From Candidatus Multivoradales bacterium (GTDB taxonomy: Bacteria; Acidobacteriota; Thermoanaerobaculia; Multivoradales; J023): a stretch of DNA of 64,000 nucleotides. The stretch is taken from positions 3,424,001-3,488,000 of the forward strand of contig CBDFLE010000006.1 in NCBI GenBank assembly GCA_965248925.1, given 5' to 3'. The position numbers were made by a program, and so were the translations under genes. Positions 45,517 to 55,528 of the stretch are shown here, in pieces; positions within the stretch are counted from its first letter, which is position 1, and each line of letters opens with the position of its first letter. The notes beneath the pieces were generated by a model. The model had not been told where the DNA came from. It ran no database searches and saw nothing but the letters and a program-made list of their open reading frames with translations.

Positions 45517-48500
45517 GTGGTGGCGATTGGGTCGTGGTGCAGATGGATTGGGCGCAGGGCGCAGATCCTCCTGATTTGTATTCCGGCCCCAGGTTTGGCA
45601 GTTCAGGTCTCTGGCGCAGAACCCGTGGAAGTTCATTGGGTCGTTGAGCAGCGCGAGCTACCTTTCACCGGTTGGCGGCAGAATATCGTCTATCATCCGC
45701 GGAGCGGAGTTTGGCTCGGCGGCATCGGTGAGTCTGGAAGGAACTTGCTGCGACTCGCGGCCGACGGTGGGCTGGACGATGCCGAGGTCCAGCTCGCCAG
45801 CGAGCGTTCTTACGTGCTGGATTTCGATCCCACGGGGGTCCTCTGGGTTGCCAACTATCCTGCCGTGGAAGAGGAGGTCTATCGAGGTTTCCTGCTCTAT
45901 CGCCGGGGTCTTGACGGCACCTGGACCCAGCGAAAAATTGCCCCCGGCTCGCTACCCAGACTAAGTATCTGGCCCCAGGCCATCGCCATGGTTTCGGCGA
46001 CGGAAGGTTGGTTGGTGGGCAACAACGGCCTGATGGTCCACCTGCACGAGGGTCGTTTGCGCAAGATGGAGCTGCCACAGGCAGTCGAAGACGAGAACTT
46101 TCATGCCATCGAGATGACCGGGCCGGAGCATGGCTGGGCAGTTGGCACCCAGGGCCTGGTAGCGCGCTACGAAAACGGTTTCTGGGATCGGGTGGAGGTC
46201 CCGGCCGAACTCGATGAGTGGGTTTTCCAGGGCCTCGACATGGATTCCCAAGGGGATCTGTGGGTGGTCGGAGTCGCGGGCTTGGTGGCGCGCTATCGCC
46301 GTGGCCAATGGCGGCGGTTCCCCACCGCGGTGAAAAGCAATCTGAGGGCTATCCACATGCTGTCGCCGACCTCGGGCTGGGCGGTGGGCGCGGAGGGCAT
46401 GATCCTGCGCTTTACTGGTGAGTCGTGGGCGCCGCAGCCTTCGCCGGTGAGTTCCCATCTATCGGACATCGTAATGATCTCGGAATCGGAGGGTTGGATT
46501 GTTGGTCTTGATGCCGTGTTACGGGCGCAGGTCCAGGAGCCGTTGTTTCGCGAAGCCACCGCGTCGGCGCGTTATCGCCAGCTACAGGGGATGGCCAGTC
46601 AGGTCACGGTTCTCCACCTCGATCGAGATGGGCGGGTCGACCTGGCCCGAGTCGAGCCGAGCGGTGTTGCGCTCTATTTCGACCGCGATCTTGGCGCTGG
46701 CGAGCGGATCTTCGACCGGGTCGAGTTGCCGGGTTGGGGTGCAAACGTACCACTGAATACGGTTCATGCCATGGCCTGGGGGGATGCCGAGGGTGACGGT
46801 GATATGGACTTGCTGATGCTTGCGGCTGCTTCCGTGGGCGGTGTTCAGCTGTATCTGAATGGCGGCGATGGGGTGTTGTCGGCGGCCCGGAACGGGGTGT
46901 TGGATCAGGCTGGATCATCGCGGGGCGACACCGCCCATTGGATTGATTTTGCCGGTGACGATGCTCTCGATATCTACTGGTCGCGGAGTCGCACACCGCA
47001 GATCGGATCGCAGGAGAATGAGCTTTACGTCCAAGATGGCGAGGGTGTGTTTGTGCTGTCGAAAGGGCATGGCGGCGAGCGTGGGATTGAATATTTTGTT
47101 TTGCCGGGTGACCTGGACGGTGACGGTGATGTTGATTTCGTGGTGCCCGGCTATGGTGCCGGAGAACTCTCTTTACTGCTCAACGCAGAGGGCGAGCTGG
47201 TGGACCGAACGGAGGCCTCCGGACTGGCGGCGGCAACCTTCGACGGCCGAGTTGCTCAGGGGGAGCTGGCGGATCTAGATCTCGACGGGGACTTGGACTT
47301 GCTGTTGTGCGCCGATCGACTTCTCTTCTTTCGCAACAATGGCCGAGCTCGGTTTAGCCAAATTGAACTCTTCGAGTCGTCGGTTCACTGCTCCATCTCC
47401 GCTTTTTCCGCCAATGGCAGGATGACGGCTGATCTCGACCAAGACGGTCGGTTGGAGATCATGGTCAACTCGGTCGTTGATCAGCACCCCGCGCTGCGAG
47501 TATTCGCTGCTGGCGAGCGGGGGCCGTTTCGCGACGCCACCAGGCGTCTTGGCCTCGCTGATCTGCGCGGTGATTCGTGGACGGTGGATGATCTCGACGG
47601 TGATGGAGACCTCGATCTTCAGCTCATCGGCAATATTTCCGGCGGCGCCAACCGGGTGCTGATCAACTCCAGCGACGGTACTGGATTTTTGGGTCTGCGG
47701 CTACGTGCCACGGCGGCTAATCGGCAGGCGGTGGGCGCCATGGTGAAGGTTTACGAGGCCGGTTACCCCGGTGAGGTCGAGTTCCTGCGCGCCTATGGTC
47801 AACACGGAGTCGGCTTGGCTGCTGGCGGTGCTGGCGCCGCCGAGATGTTGATCCCCGTCGCACCGGGGGCGCTCTACGATCTCGAAGTGACCTTTCCCGG
47901 CGGGCGGCGAGAATTGGTCCAGAGAGTCGCTTCGGGAAGTTGGTTGACGATCTATGAAGGGCCGCTGTCGCAGCGGCTGAAGTACGCCTTGACGGCCGCA
48001 AAAAAGCGACTTTGGCAACATTTGGACTGGCGTTGGGCGCCGCTGTTTTTTGCTGCGGTGATCGGTCTGTGGGTCCTCTGGCATCGTTTACTGCCTGAGT
48101 TCTGGGCGCCACGGCGGAGGCTGGGCTGGCTATTGGCTGGGGCGCCGCCGACGGCTGCCTGCTTGGCGGCGATGGCCGGATTGGCGGCCGCTGGTGATCC
48201 GGCAGCTTGGCGCTGGCCGTTGGCCGTATTGGCAGTGGTGTTCTTGCTGGCGCTGGCAGGCGCTGGTTGGGTCCGACGAAGGCGGGGTGATCGTCGTTTC
48301 GGGCCTTACCTGCTGCGGGCGCTGCTCGGTGAAGGGGCGATGGGCACGGTGCATCAGGCGGTTGATTTGCGCTCGGGGCGGCCGCTGGCGGTCAAGTTGC
48401 TGCTTTCGGGACGCTTGCCAAGGCTAGAGGATCGGGTGCGGATGCTGCGCGAGGCCGAGCTGCTGGCTCGGCTGGAACATCCGCAGGTGGTTCGGGTGAT

Positions 48501-49419
48501 CGATGCCGGGGCGATCAAGGGTCAGGTCTTTCTCGCCATGGAGCTACTCGAGGGCGAGAGCTTGGCGCAGCGGTTGGCGCGCGCGGGGCCGCTGCCGAGC
48601 GCTACGGTTCTGCGGCTGCTCGGCGACGCCGCCGAGGGCCTGGCCTATGTTCACCGCTGCGGCATCGTCCATCGCGATCTGAAGAGCGCCAATCTATTCC
48701 TCGCCAAGCCGCTCAGTGGCACGGGGACGAGTGCTCCCGCAGTGCTCAAACTGATCGACTTTGGGCTCGCAGACCAGGTTGGGACTCCGGCGACCAGCGA
48801 AATCTCGGCGGCCGCGGGCACCGCCGTCTACATGGCACCCGAGGTGCTGCGCGGCGCCACGGCGACCCCATGCTCGGATCTCTATTCGCTCGGAGTGGTG
48901 GCTTGGCAGGCGCTCACCGGCGAGCTGCCGCGGGCTGACTTGGCGGCGCTACTCTCTGACCGTCCTTTGCCGGCTCTTGGCGAACCAGCAGCGCTGATGG
49001 CGACGCCACTTGCTGCGATCCTTGGCAAGTTGCTGGCGCTCGATCCTCTGCATCGTCTGGCCAGTGCCGAGGAGCTGATCGCCGCCTTGCATGAGATAGG
49101 TGGTGGTCGGGAGCCCGCCCTTGCTCGGCACCAAGGGCTTGCCCTGGCGCCGGTTCCAGCATCGCTGCCTGAAGCTTGGCGGCGGTATTTTGACGAGGCT
49201 CGCGGGATGTACTCAGCGGGGCGAGGGGTGGCGGGGCAGGCTCGGATACTCGACTGCCTGAGTGCTATCGAGGAACTTCTCCAGAGCAGCCGGGCGGGCC
49301 AGGCGGCCCTACCGAATGAGCTGGAGGTGGAGCAGATTCTCACCTTGCAGCGACAGTTGAACGGAGTGGATTTGAACGGTGTGGATTTGAACACTTTGGA
49401 CCAAGGAGGGGTGCGATGA
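45517..49419 (+). CDS. Receptor-type Ser/Thr kinase: propeller + FG-GAP + ASPIC/UnbV ectodomain, 3 TM, Hanks kinase
   Basis: GWAVG..G.ILR repeats; multiple DLDGDGDLD; NRQAVGAMVKV and EVTFPGG; GEGAMG, AVK, HRDLKSAN, DFG, YMAPE, SDLYSLG all intact. Confidence 0.9.
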   Translation: MVAIGSWCRWIGRRAQILLICIPAPGLAVQVSGAEPVEVHWVVEQRELPFTGWRQNIVYHPRSGVWLGGIGESGRNLLRLAADGGLDDAEVQLASERSYVLDFDPTGVLWVANYPAVEEEVYRGFLLYRRGLDGTWTQRKIAPGSLPRLSIWPQAIAMVSATEGWLVGNNGLMVHLHEGRLRKMELPQAVEDENFHAIEMTGPEHGWAVGTQGLVARYENGFWDRVEVPAELDEWVFQGLDMDSQGDLWVVGVAGLVARYRRGQWRRFPTAVKSNLRAIHMLSPTSGWAVGAEGMILRFTGESWAPQPSPVSSHLSDIVMISESEGWIVGLDAVLRAQVQEPLFREATASARYRQLQGMASQVTVLHLDRDGRVDLARVEPSGVALYFDRDLGAGERIFDRVELPGWGANVPLNTVHAMAWGDAEGDGDMDLLMLAAASVGGVQLYLNGGDGVLSAARNGVLDQAGSSRGDTAHWIDFAGDDALDIYWSRSRTPQIGSQENELYVQDGEGVFVLSKGHGGERGIEYFVLPGDLDGDGDVDFVVPGYGAGELSLLLNAEGELVDRTEASGLAAATFDGRVAQGELADLDLDGDLDLLLCADRLLFFRNNGRARFSQIELFESSVHCSISAFSANGRMTADLDQDGRLEIMVNSVVDQHPALRVFAAGERGPFRDATRRLGLADLRGDSWTVDDLDGDGDLDLQLIGNISGGANRVLINSSDGTGFLGLRLRATAANRQAVGAMVKVYEAGYPGEVEFLRAYGQHGVGLAAGGAGAAEMLIPVAPGALYDLEVTFPGGRRELVQRVASGSWLTIYEGPLSQRLKYALTAAKKRLWQHLDWRWAPLFFAAVIGLWVLWHRLLPEFWAPRRRLGWLLAGAPPTAACLAAMAGLAAAGDPAAWRWPLAVLAVVFLLALAGAGWVRRRRGDRRFGPYLLRALLGEGAMGTVHQAVDLRSGRPLAVKLLLSGRLPRLEDRVRMLREAELLARLEHPQVVRVIDAGAIKGQVFLAMELLEGESLAQRLARAGPLPSATVLRLLGDAAEGLAYVHRCGIVHRDLKSANLFLAKPLSGTGTSAPAVLKLIDFGLADQVGTPATSEISAAAGTAVYMAPEVLRGATATPCSDLYSLGVVAWQALTGELPRADLAALLSDRPLPALGEPAALMATPLAAILGKLLALDPLHRLASAEELIAALHEIGGGREPALARHQGLALAPVPASLPEAWRRYFDEARGMYSAGRGVAGQARILDCLSAIEELLQSSRAGQAALPNELEVEQILTLQRQLNGVDLNGVDLNTLDQGGVR

Positions 49420-51086
49420 CTCATTCGATGGACGAGACCACCGCTGACAGCGACAGCTCGCCGTCGAACTCGGCGGAGTCGCTGCGCTCCCTGGCGCGGT
49501 CGCTGGCCGACGCTCGGCGCCTGGGCGTTGCCCAATTGACTCGTCAGGCAGTGGCTTTCGAGCGTTTGTTGAAGGTCAGCCGGGAGATCGCCGTGCTCGA
49601 CCTCGAGGGCGCGCTGCGGGCGATTCTCGAGGGAGTGCTGGAGCTGACCGGGAGCTGTCGCTCGGCGCTATTCCTGACCGGTCCGGACGACCCGTTGGTC
49701 TTCCGGGCGGGGATGGAGCGAGGTCGGCTCGCGCTCGACGTGGAGGAGTTCCCGGTCAGCCGTTCGGCCCTCGAGCGGGTGATCGAGAGCGGTGAGCTGC
49801 TGGTTCTCGACGATGTACTGTCTTCCGATCTGGCCGGTCGAGCCAGCACGGTGGCACTCCAATTGCGATCGTTGATCGCTATCCCGCTGCGAACCCATCG
49901 GCGGAGCGTTGGTGTGCTTTACCTCGACAGTGATCGTCCGGCCGATCCGCAGCATTTTCGCGATCCTTCGATCCTGCTGGCGATTGGTGCGCAGGCGGCC
50001 GTGGTGATTGATAACGCTCGCATTCACGAAGATCTACAGCGAGATCATTTTCGTTTGCGCCGCGCCTTGGAACCCTCGATGCGTTGTGGTGACATTCTCT
50101 ACCGCAGTGCCCTGATGCATCGAGTTTGTCGTTTGATCGAGCAGGTGGCGGGCCGCCATCTGACCGTTCTGGTACGCGGCGAAACCGGTACCGGCAAAGA
50201 ACTGGTGGCGCGCGAGATTCACCGGCTCAGTAGGCGCTGCAAGCGGCCCTTTCTGAGTTTCAATGTGGGTGCGGTGCCCGACGCGCTGATCGAGAGCGAG
50301 CTTTTCGGCCATCGCAAGGGCTCGTTCACCGGTGCTGTCGACCATCAGAAGGGGTTGTTCGAGGCAGCCGATGGCGGCACTCTTTTTCTCGATGAGATCG
50401 GTGAGGCCTCAGCCGCCATGCAAGTGCGCCTGTTGCGCCTGTTGGAGACTGGTTCCTACCGCCGCCTCGGCGAAACCCAGCTTCGCCATGCCGACCTGCG
50501 GTTGATCGCCGCCACTCACCGAGATCTTGAGAGCGAGGTTCGCGCGGGTCGATTCCGTGCCGATCTTTACTATCGGTTGAATGTCTTTCCGCTGCGGATT
50601 CCGCCGTTGCGCGAGCGTCTAGAAGACCTGGAGATCTTGGTCGAACATTTCGTAGATCGTTCCAACCGGTCTCTCGGTACGGCGATCAAGAACATACCCG
50701 CGGCAACCCTGGAGGCCTTGCGCCGCGGTAGCTGGCCGGGCAACGTGCGCCAGCTCGACAACACCGTCCAGCGCTGGATGGTGCAAGCTCCTGGTGACAT
50801 TTTGCTAGTGCCGGCCGAGGAGCCGGTCGAAGTAGGGCCGTCGGCGATCTGTGAGCAGGTGGCCATTGACCCACCAGCTAAGGACTGTGCGACGCTAGCG
50901 ATGCCAGCGGCGGGAGAGAGTCGCGAGATCCTACCTTTGGCCGAAGTGGAACGCCGCTACCTCCGTGCCGCCCTGGTGGCGACGAACGGCAACCAAAGCG
51001 AAGCGGCCCGCCGCTTGGGCCTCAAACGAGGCACCTTACGCCACCGGCTCAGCAAGCTTGGGCTGGCTACGCCGCCGGTCAGGTAG
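49416..51086 (+). CDS. GAF-AAA-HTH sigma-54 enhancer-binding protein
   Basis: GAF (LRSLIAIPL..VGVLYLDS); GETGTGKE, ESELFGHRKGSFTGA, FLDEIGE, WPGNVRQL, Fis HTH; ATGA overlap with kinase stop. Confidence 0.93.
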   Translation: MTHSMDETTADSDSSPSNSAESLRSLARSLADARRLGVAQLTRQAVAFERLLKVSREIAVLDLEGALRAILEGVLELTGSCRSALFLTGPDDPLVFRAGMERGRLALDVEEFPVSRSALERVIESGELLVLDDVLSSDLAGRASTVALQLRSLIAIPLRTHRRSVGVLYLDSDRPADPQHFRDPSILLAIGAQAAVVIDNARIHEDLQRDHFRLRRALEPSMRCGDILYRSALMHRVCRLIEQVAGRHLTVLVRGETGTGKELVAREIHRLSRRCKRPFLSFNVGAVPDALIESELFGHRKGSFTGAVDHQKGLFEAADGGTLFLDEIGEASAAMQVRLLRLLETGSYRRLGETQLRHADLRLIAATHRDLESEVRAGRFRADLYYRLNVFPLRIPPLRERLEDLEILVEHFVDRSNRSLGTAIKNIPAATLEALRRGSWPGNVRQLDNTVQRWMVQAPGDILLVPAEEPVEVGPSAICEQVAIDPPAKDCATLAMPAAGESREILPLAEVERRYLRAALVATNGNQSEAARRLGLKRGTLRHRLSKLGLATPPVR

Positions 51087-51145
51087 AGGCTGACTCAGAG
51101 GTTGTCACCAGATTTTGTAGGGGTGCCGGCGTGCGCCCGGACGCC

Positions 51146-54100
51146 TTACCCTTCTAGCAACACCTCGGCTCGCGGCCCATCGACCCACCGGCGCCAGCCG
51201 GCTTTGAGGTCTTCAAGAATGTAATAGGTCACCGGCACCAACACCAGCACGATGCCGGTGACGAAGAGCACGCCGAAGGCGATGGAGGCGGCCATCGGGA
51301 TCAAGAACTGAGCCTGGACGCTTTTCTCGAGCAGCAGCGGCGCGAGGCCGACGAAGGTGGTCAAGGAAGTCAGGACAATTGGCCGGAATCGTTTCTTGCC
51401 GGCGTCGCGAATGGCGATGGCCAGCGGTGAGCCGCCACGGTACGCGCGGTTGACGAAATCGACCATCACCAGACTGTCGTTGACCACCACGCCGGTCAAA
51501 GCCACCATGCCGATGCCCGACAACATGGTCAAGCTGATGCCGATGATCATGTGGCCCCAGATCGCTCCCATCAGGCCGAAGGGAATCGCCGTCATGACAA
51601 TCAACGGCTGGACGTAGCTCTTGAACGGCACGGCCAGCAGGGCGTAGATCATGAACAACGCCAGCACGAAGCCGCGCAGCAGGCCGCCCATGGTGTCGCG
51701 CTGTTCTTGGCGCTCGCCTTCGAGGGTGTATTGCAGGCCGCGGTGCTGGGCCAGCAGTTCGGGGAGGAAGCCGACTTCGAGATCGGCGAGGATCTGATTG
51801 GCATTGGCCACCGCCAGGTCGAGGTCGGCGGTGACGTCGACCGTGCGGTTGCGGTCAGTGCGGGAGATCGAGGCGAAGCCACGGCCGGTGTCGAGTTCGC
51901 CGGCCACCGAGAAAGGCACCTCGCCGCCCGCCGGGGTGCGGATCTTCATCTGCTCCAGGTTGGCCAGGGAGCGGCGCTCGGCGGCGGGATAGCGCACCAT
52001 CACCTTGATCTCTTCGCTGCCGCGCTGGATGCGCTGGGCTTCTTCGCCGAAGAATGCTTGGCGGACTTGCCGCGCCAGATCGCTCAGGGTGAGGCCGAGG
52101 GTTTCGGCCTCGGGGGTGATGCGCAGCTTGGCCTCTTGCTTGCCGGCGCGGAAGGAGTCGGCGATGTCGAAGACTCCGGGGTAGGAACGTAGCTGTTGTT
52201 TCATGCCGGCAGCGGCGGCCCGCAGATCGCTCAAGTCGGGGCCGGCCAGGCGGACCAAGATCGGCGCGCCGGAGGAGAAAATCGCTGAACTGAAGGTCAA
52301 CTCCACGGCGTCGGGTATCGGGCCGGTGAGTTCGCGCCAGCGGGCGGCGATCTGGGCGGCGGTGATCTCGCGTGCTTCGGCCGGGCCGAGTTCGATGTTG
52401 ACCTCACCGAGATGGCCGCCTGCGTAGTGGGTGCCCACTCGGGCGCCACTCTGACTTTGAACGCTGCGAAAGGGTTGCTCTCCAGCGGTGACCAAGATGT
52501 GCGCGAAGGTGTTGTGGTCGCCGCTTTGTTCGACTTCGCGGCGCAGTTCCAGGGCGCCACGTTCGAGCCGGGCCAGGGCTTCGCTGGTCACCTCCACCGG
52601 TGTGCCTTGGGGCATGGTCAGGATGGCGGCGACGTTGTCGGCTTCAACCGGTGGGAAGAAATTGAACTGCACCCGGCCGCTGCCAACCATACCGAAAGTC
52701 AGCAGCAGCAACGAGGTGGCCAGCGCCAGAGTCAGGTAGCGCCTTTCGATAGCGCGCTCCACCAGCGGTCCGTAGATTTCCTCGATGAAGCGCTCTTGTA
52801 GGTCCGAGAAGCGGCGTTGGAAGCGTTGCCAGGCACCGCGGATTTTTCCAGCCTGGCGGCGCTCGGCCGCTGCTTTCAGATGCGACAAATGGGCCGGCAG
52901 CACCAGCAGCGATTCGATCAGTGAGAAGAACAGAGTGGTGATGATGACGATCGGGATCACCCGAAAAACCTTACCCATGCTGCCGGGAATCTGGGTCAGC
53001 GGAGCGAAGGCGGCCATCGTGGTCAGCACTGAGAAGAGCACTGGCACGGCGACCTCGCGCACGCCGGCCACCGCTGCCTCTAGCCCCACCTTGCCCTCCT
53101 GGTGATGGCGGTAGATGTTCTCGCCGACAATGATCGCGTCGTCGACGACAATGCCGAGCACGGCGATCAGGGCGAAGAGCGAGATCACGTTGATCGACAA
53201 GTCGAGCGGTGGCATCAGCCAAAAAGCGCCGAGAAAGGAGATCGGAATCCCCAGGGCAACCCAACCGGCAAGGCGCAGGCGGAGAAAGAGGGCGAGTACC
53301 AGCAAGACCAAGATCAACCCGGTGCGACCGTTGCGAATCAGCGTTTCGAGACGGCTTTCGAGCACTTTGTTGTCGTCTTGCCAGATGGTCAGCTCGATCC
53401 CTTCTGGCATCCGCGCTTGGGCCGCGACGATGTAGTCGCGGACTGTCGCCGAGACTTCGGTCGAGTCTTGCTCACCAACTCTGAAGACCTGCACCAGCAC
53501 CGCCGGCCGATTGTCAAAGCGGGCGGCTTGGTCGGTCTCGGCGAAGCCGTCGACCACCGTCGCGACCTCGCTCAAGGTCAAGCGAGTGCCGTCGGGGCGG
53601 TTGATCAGCACCAAGCGCTCGAAGTCTTCGCCGCGATAGGCCTGGCCCTGGGTGCGCAGCAGGATCTCACCTCCGCGGCTGCGTACCGAGCCTCCCGGCA
53701 AGTCGAGGGAGGAGCGGCGCACCGCTTGCGCCACCTCATCGAAAGTCAGGCCGTGGCGCTGCAGGTCAAGCTCCGAGATTTCGATTGAGATCTCATAGGG
53801 CCGGGCGGCGACGAGTTCGGTGAGGGTGATGCCGTCGAGCTGCGAGATCTCGTCGCGAACCTGCTCACCGAGCAGTTTCAGAGTGCGTTCGTCGGTGTCG
53901 CCGGAGATCGCCACATTGAGCACCTGACGACGCTGGATCAGCTCTTGGACAATCGGCTGTTCGGCTTCTTCGGGAAAAGTGTCGATGGCGTCGATCCGTG
54001 CCTTGACGTCGTCGAGAGCTTGGCGCACGTCGGCATTCGGCAGCAGTTCCACCATCACCGTGCCGGCTCCTTCGGCGGCGGTGGAGGTGATCTTCTTCAC

Positions 54101-54331
54101 CGATTCCAGATCCACCAGGCGTTCCTCGATGCGCGCGCAAATCGCTTCTTCGACCTCCTCCGGGGCGGCCCCGAGGTAAGGCACCGAAATCGATATCCGG
54201 TCGCTGGAGAATTCGGGAAAAACCTCCATGCGGATCGAACTCAGATTGAGCAAGCCGCCGACCATGATCAAAGCCATCAACAGGTTGGCGGCGACGGTGT
54301 TCTTGGCGAACCAGGTGACCAGGGCATTCAT
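51146..54331 (-). CDS. RND efflux permease (AcrB/AcrD/AcrF family)
   Basis: 1061 aa; GAAPEEVE, LGIVVDDAIIVGEN, GVVVNDSLVMVD, RFRPIVLTSLTT. Confidence 0.95.
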   Translation of the reverse strand: MNALVTWFAKNTVAANLLMALIMVGGLLNLSSIRMEVFPEFSSDRISISVPYLGAAPEEVEEAICARIEERLVDLESVKKITSTAAEGAGTVMVELLPNADVRQALDDVKARIDAIDTFPEEAEQPIVQELIQRRQVLNVAISGDTDERTLKLLGEQVRDEISQLDGITLTELVAARPYEISIEISELDLQRHGLTFDEVAQAVRRSSLDLPGGSVRSRGGEILLRTQGQAYRGEDFERLVLINRPDGTRLTLSEVATVVDGFAETDQAARFDNRPAVLVQVFRVGEQDSTEVSATVRDYIVAAQARMPEGIELTIWQDDNKVLESRLETLIRNGRTGLILVLLVLALFLRLRLAGWVALGIPISFLGAFWLMPPLDLSINVISLFALIAVLGIVVDDAIIVGENIYRHHQEGKVGLEAAVAGVREVAVPVLFSVLTTMAAFAPLTQIPGSMGKVFRVIPIVIITTLFFSLIESLLVLPAHLSHLKAAAERRQAGKIRGAWQRFQRRFSDLQERFIEEIYGPLVERAIERRYLTLALATSLLLLTFGMVGSGRVQFNFFPPVEADNVAAILTMPQGTPVEVTSEALARLERGALELRREVEQSGDHNTFAHILVTAGEQPFRSVQSQSGARVGTHYAGGHLGEVNIELGPAEAREITAAQIAARWRELTGPIPDAVELTFSSAIFSSGAPILVRLAGPDLSDLRAAAAGMKQQLRSYPGVFDIADSFRAGKQEAKLRITPEAETLGLTLSDLARQVRQAFFGEEAQRIQRGSEEIKVMVRYPAAERRSLANLEQMKIRTPAGGEVPFSVAGELDTGRGFASISRTDRNRTVDVTADLDLAVANANQILADLEVGFLPELLAQHRGLQYTLEGERQEQRDTMGGLLRGFVLALFMIYALLAVPFKSYVQPLIVMTAIPFGLMGAIWGHMIIGISLTMLSGIGMVALTGVVVNDSLVMVDFVNRAYRGGSPLAIAIRDAGKKRFRPIVLTSLTTFVGLAPLLLEKSVQAQFLIPMAASIAFGVLFVTGIVLVLVPVTYYILEDLKAGWRRWVDGPRAEVLLEG

Positions 54332-55521
54332 TGCTCCCCTCCCGCGGTGGTGCTCCGGGTCTGGCTCGGGATTTCTTCGTAGATGCGCACCTGCATGCCG
54401 TCGGTGGCCACCTCGAGGGCCGAGATACAGACCCGTTCGCCGGCTTCGACACCGCTGGCCAGAATCACCTCCTCGCCTACCGACCGCAGCACTTCGACCG
54501 CTCGCAACCGCAGGCGATCGTCCTCCACCACCAACACCTGCCGGCCGTTGCGGAGAGCGCCACGGGGCAGTACCACCACGTCTTCAATCTGCCGGCCGGC
54601 AATCCGTGCGGCGACGAACATGCCGGTAGACAAGGGCGGCTGTGCGGCGCCGTCAAGGCGGCCGTAAGGATCCTCGATCCGGGCCACCAAGCTCAGCATG
54701 CGACTCTTTGGATCGATCTCTCCTTCGCTGCGCACCAAGGTCGCCTTCCAGGTGTGCAGTTGGCCGGCCACCCGAGCTTGCAGGTCGACCGCCGGCTGGC
54801 TTCCCTGCTGAGCCCAGCCCGGCTTTAGATCGAGAAAAGCCAACTCGCTCTGGGCGATCGGCAAGCGAACCTCGGCGACGCTGGTGCCGTCGAGTCCAGC
54901 CACCGGGGTGCCCGGGGTCAGATACTGCCCAAGATCGGCAGCCTTCTGTCGTACTCGGCAAGCAAAGGGAGCCCGCAAGCGAGTGCGTTCGAGATCCAGC
55001 CGAGCCAGGTCGAGTTCGGCTTCAGTGGCCGCTAACTCGGCTTCGGCTTCGGCAATCTGGGGTAGGCGTAGCACCAGCGGGTCGGGGTCACCGCTGCCGA
55101 TCTCGGCCCACTCCTCAGCCGCCAGGCGCGCCTCGGCCCGTTCGCGAGCCAGCCCGGTTTGGGCGCGAGCGAGCTGAGCTTGGCGGCGCTTGACGGTGAG
55201 TTCGTAGTCGCGCCGGTCGAGTGCGAGCAAGATCTCGCCGCGACGAAAAAAGCCTCCCACCTCGAACCGTGGTGACACCCGCACCACCTCGCCGGCCACT
55301 TGGCTGACCAGCTGGGTCGAGGTCCGGGGCATGACGGTGCCTTGAGCGAGGACCTCGAGGGTCAAGTTCTGCACCGCAACCTCGGTGACCCTCACTAGCG
55401 GCGCCAGCACCAGCGGCGGAGCGGTTTCGATCTGTGGTCGCGAGCGCATCAGGCCGAATGCGCCGAGAGCGCCCAAGGCAAGGATGAGGAAAGGCAGCAG
55501 AATGCGGAGCAATCTGGGCAT
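54328..55521 (-). CDS. RND periplasmic adaptor (MFP)
   Basis: N-terminal anchor; VSQVAGEV, helical hairpin, RTRLRAPF, GMFVAARI. Confidence 0.93.
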   Translation of the reverse strand: MPRLLRILLPFLILALGALGAFGLMRSRPQIETAPPLVLAPLVRVTEVAVQNLTLEVLAQGTVMPRTSTQLVSQVAGEVVRVSPRFEVGGFFRRGEILLALDRRDYELTVKRRQAQLARAQTGLARERAEARLAAEEWAEIGSGDPDPLVLRLPQIAEAEAELAATEAELDLARLDLERTRLRAPFACRVRQKAADLGQYLTPGTPVAGLDGTSVAEVRLPIAQSELAFLDLKPGWAQQGSQPAVDLQARVAGQLHTWKATLVRSEGEIDPKSRMLSLVARIEDPYGRLDGAAQPPLSTGMFVAARIAGRQIEDVVVLPRGALRNGRQVLVVEDDRLRLRAVEVLRSVGEEVILASGVEAGERVCISALEVATDGMQVRIYEEIPSQTRSTTAGGEQ

Positions 55522-55528
55522 GACTCGG

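Noticed and set aside
50296-50337. GSFTGA instead of GAFTGA in the activator as a sign of sigma-54 independence
   Set aside because: GSFTGA is a common functional variant.
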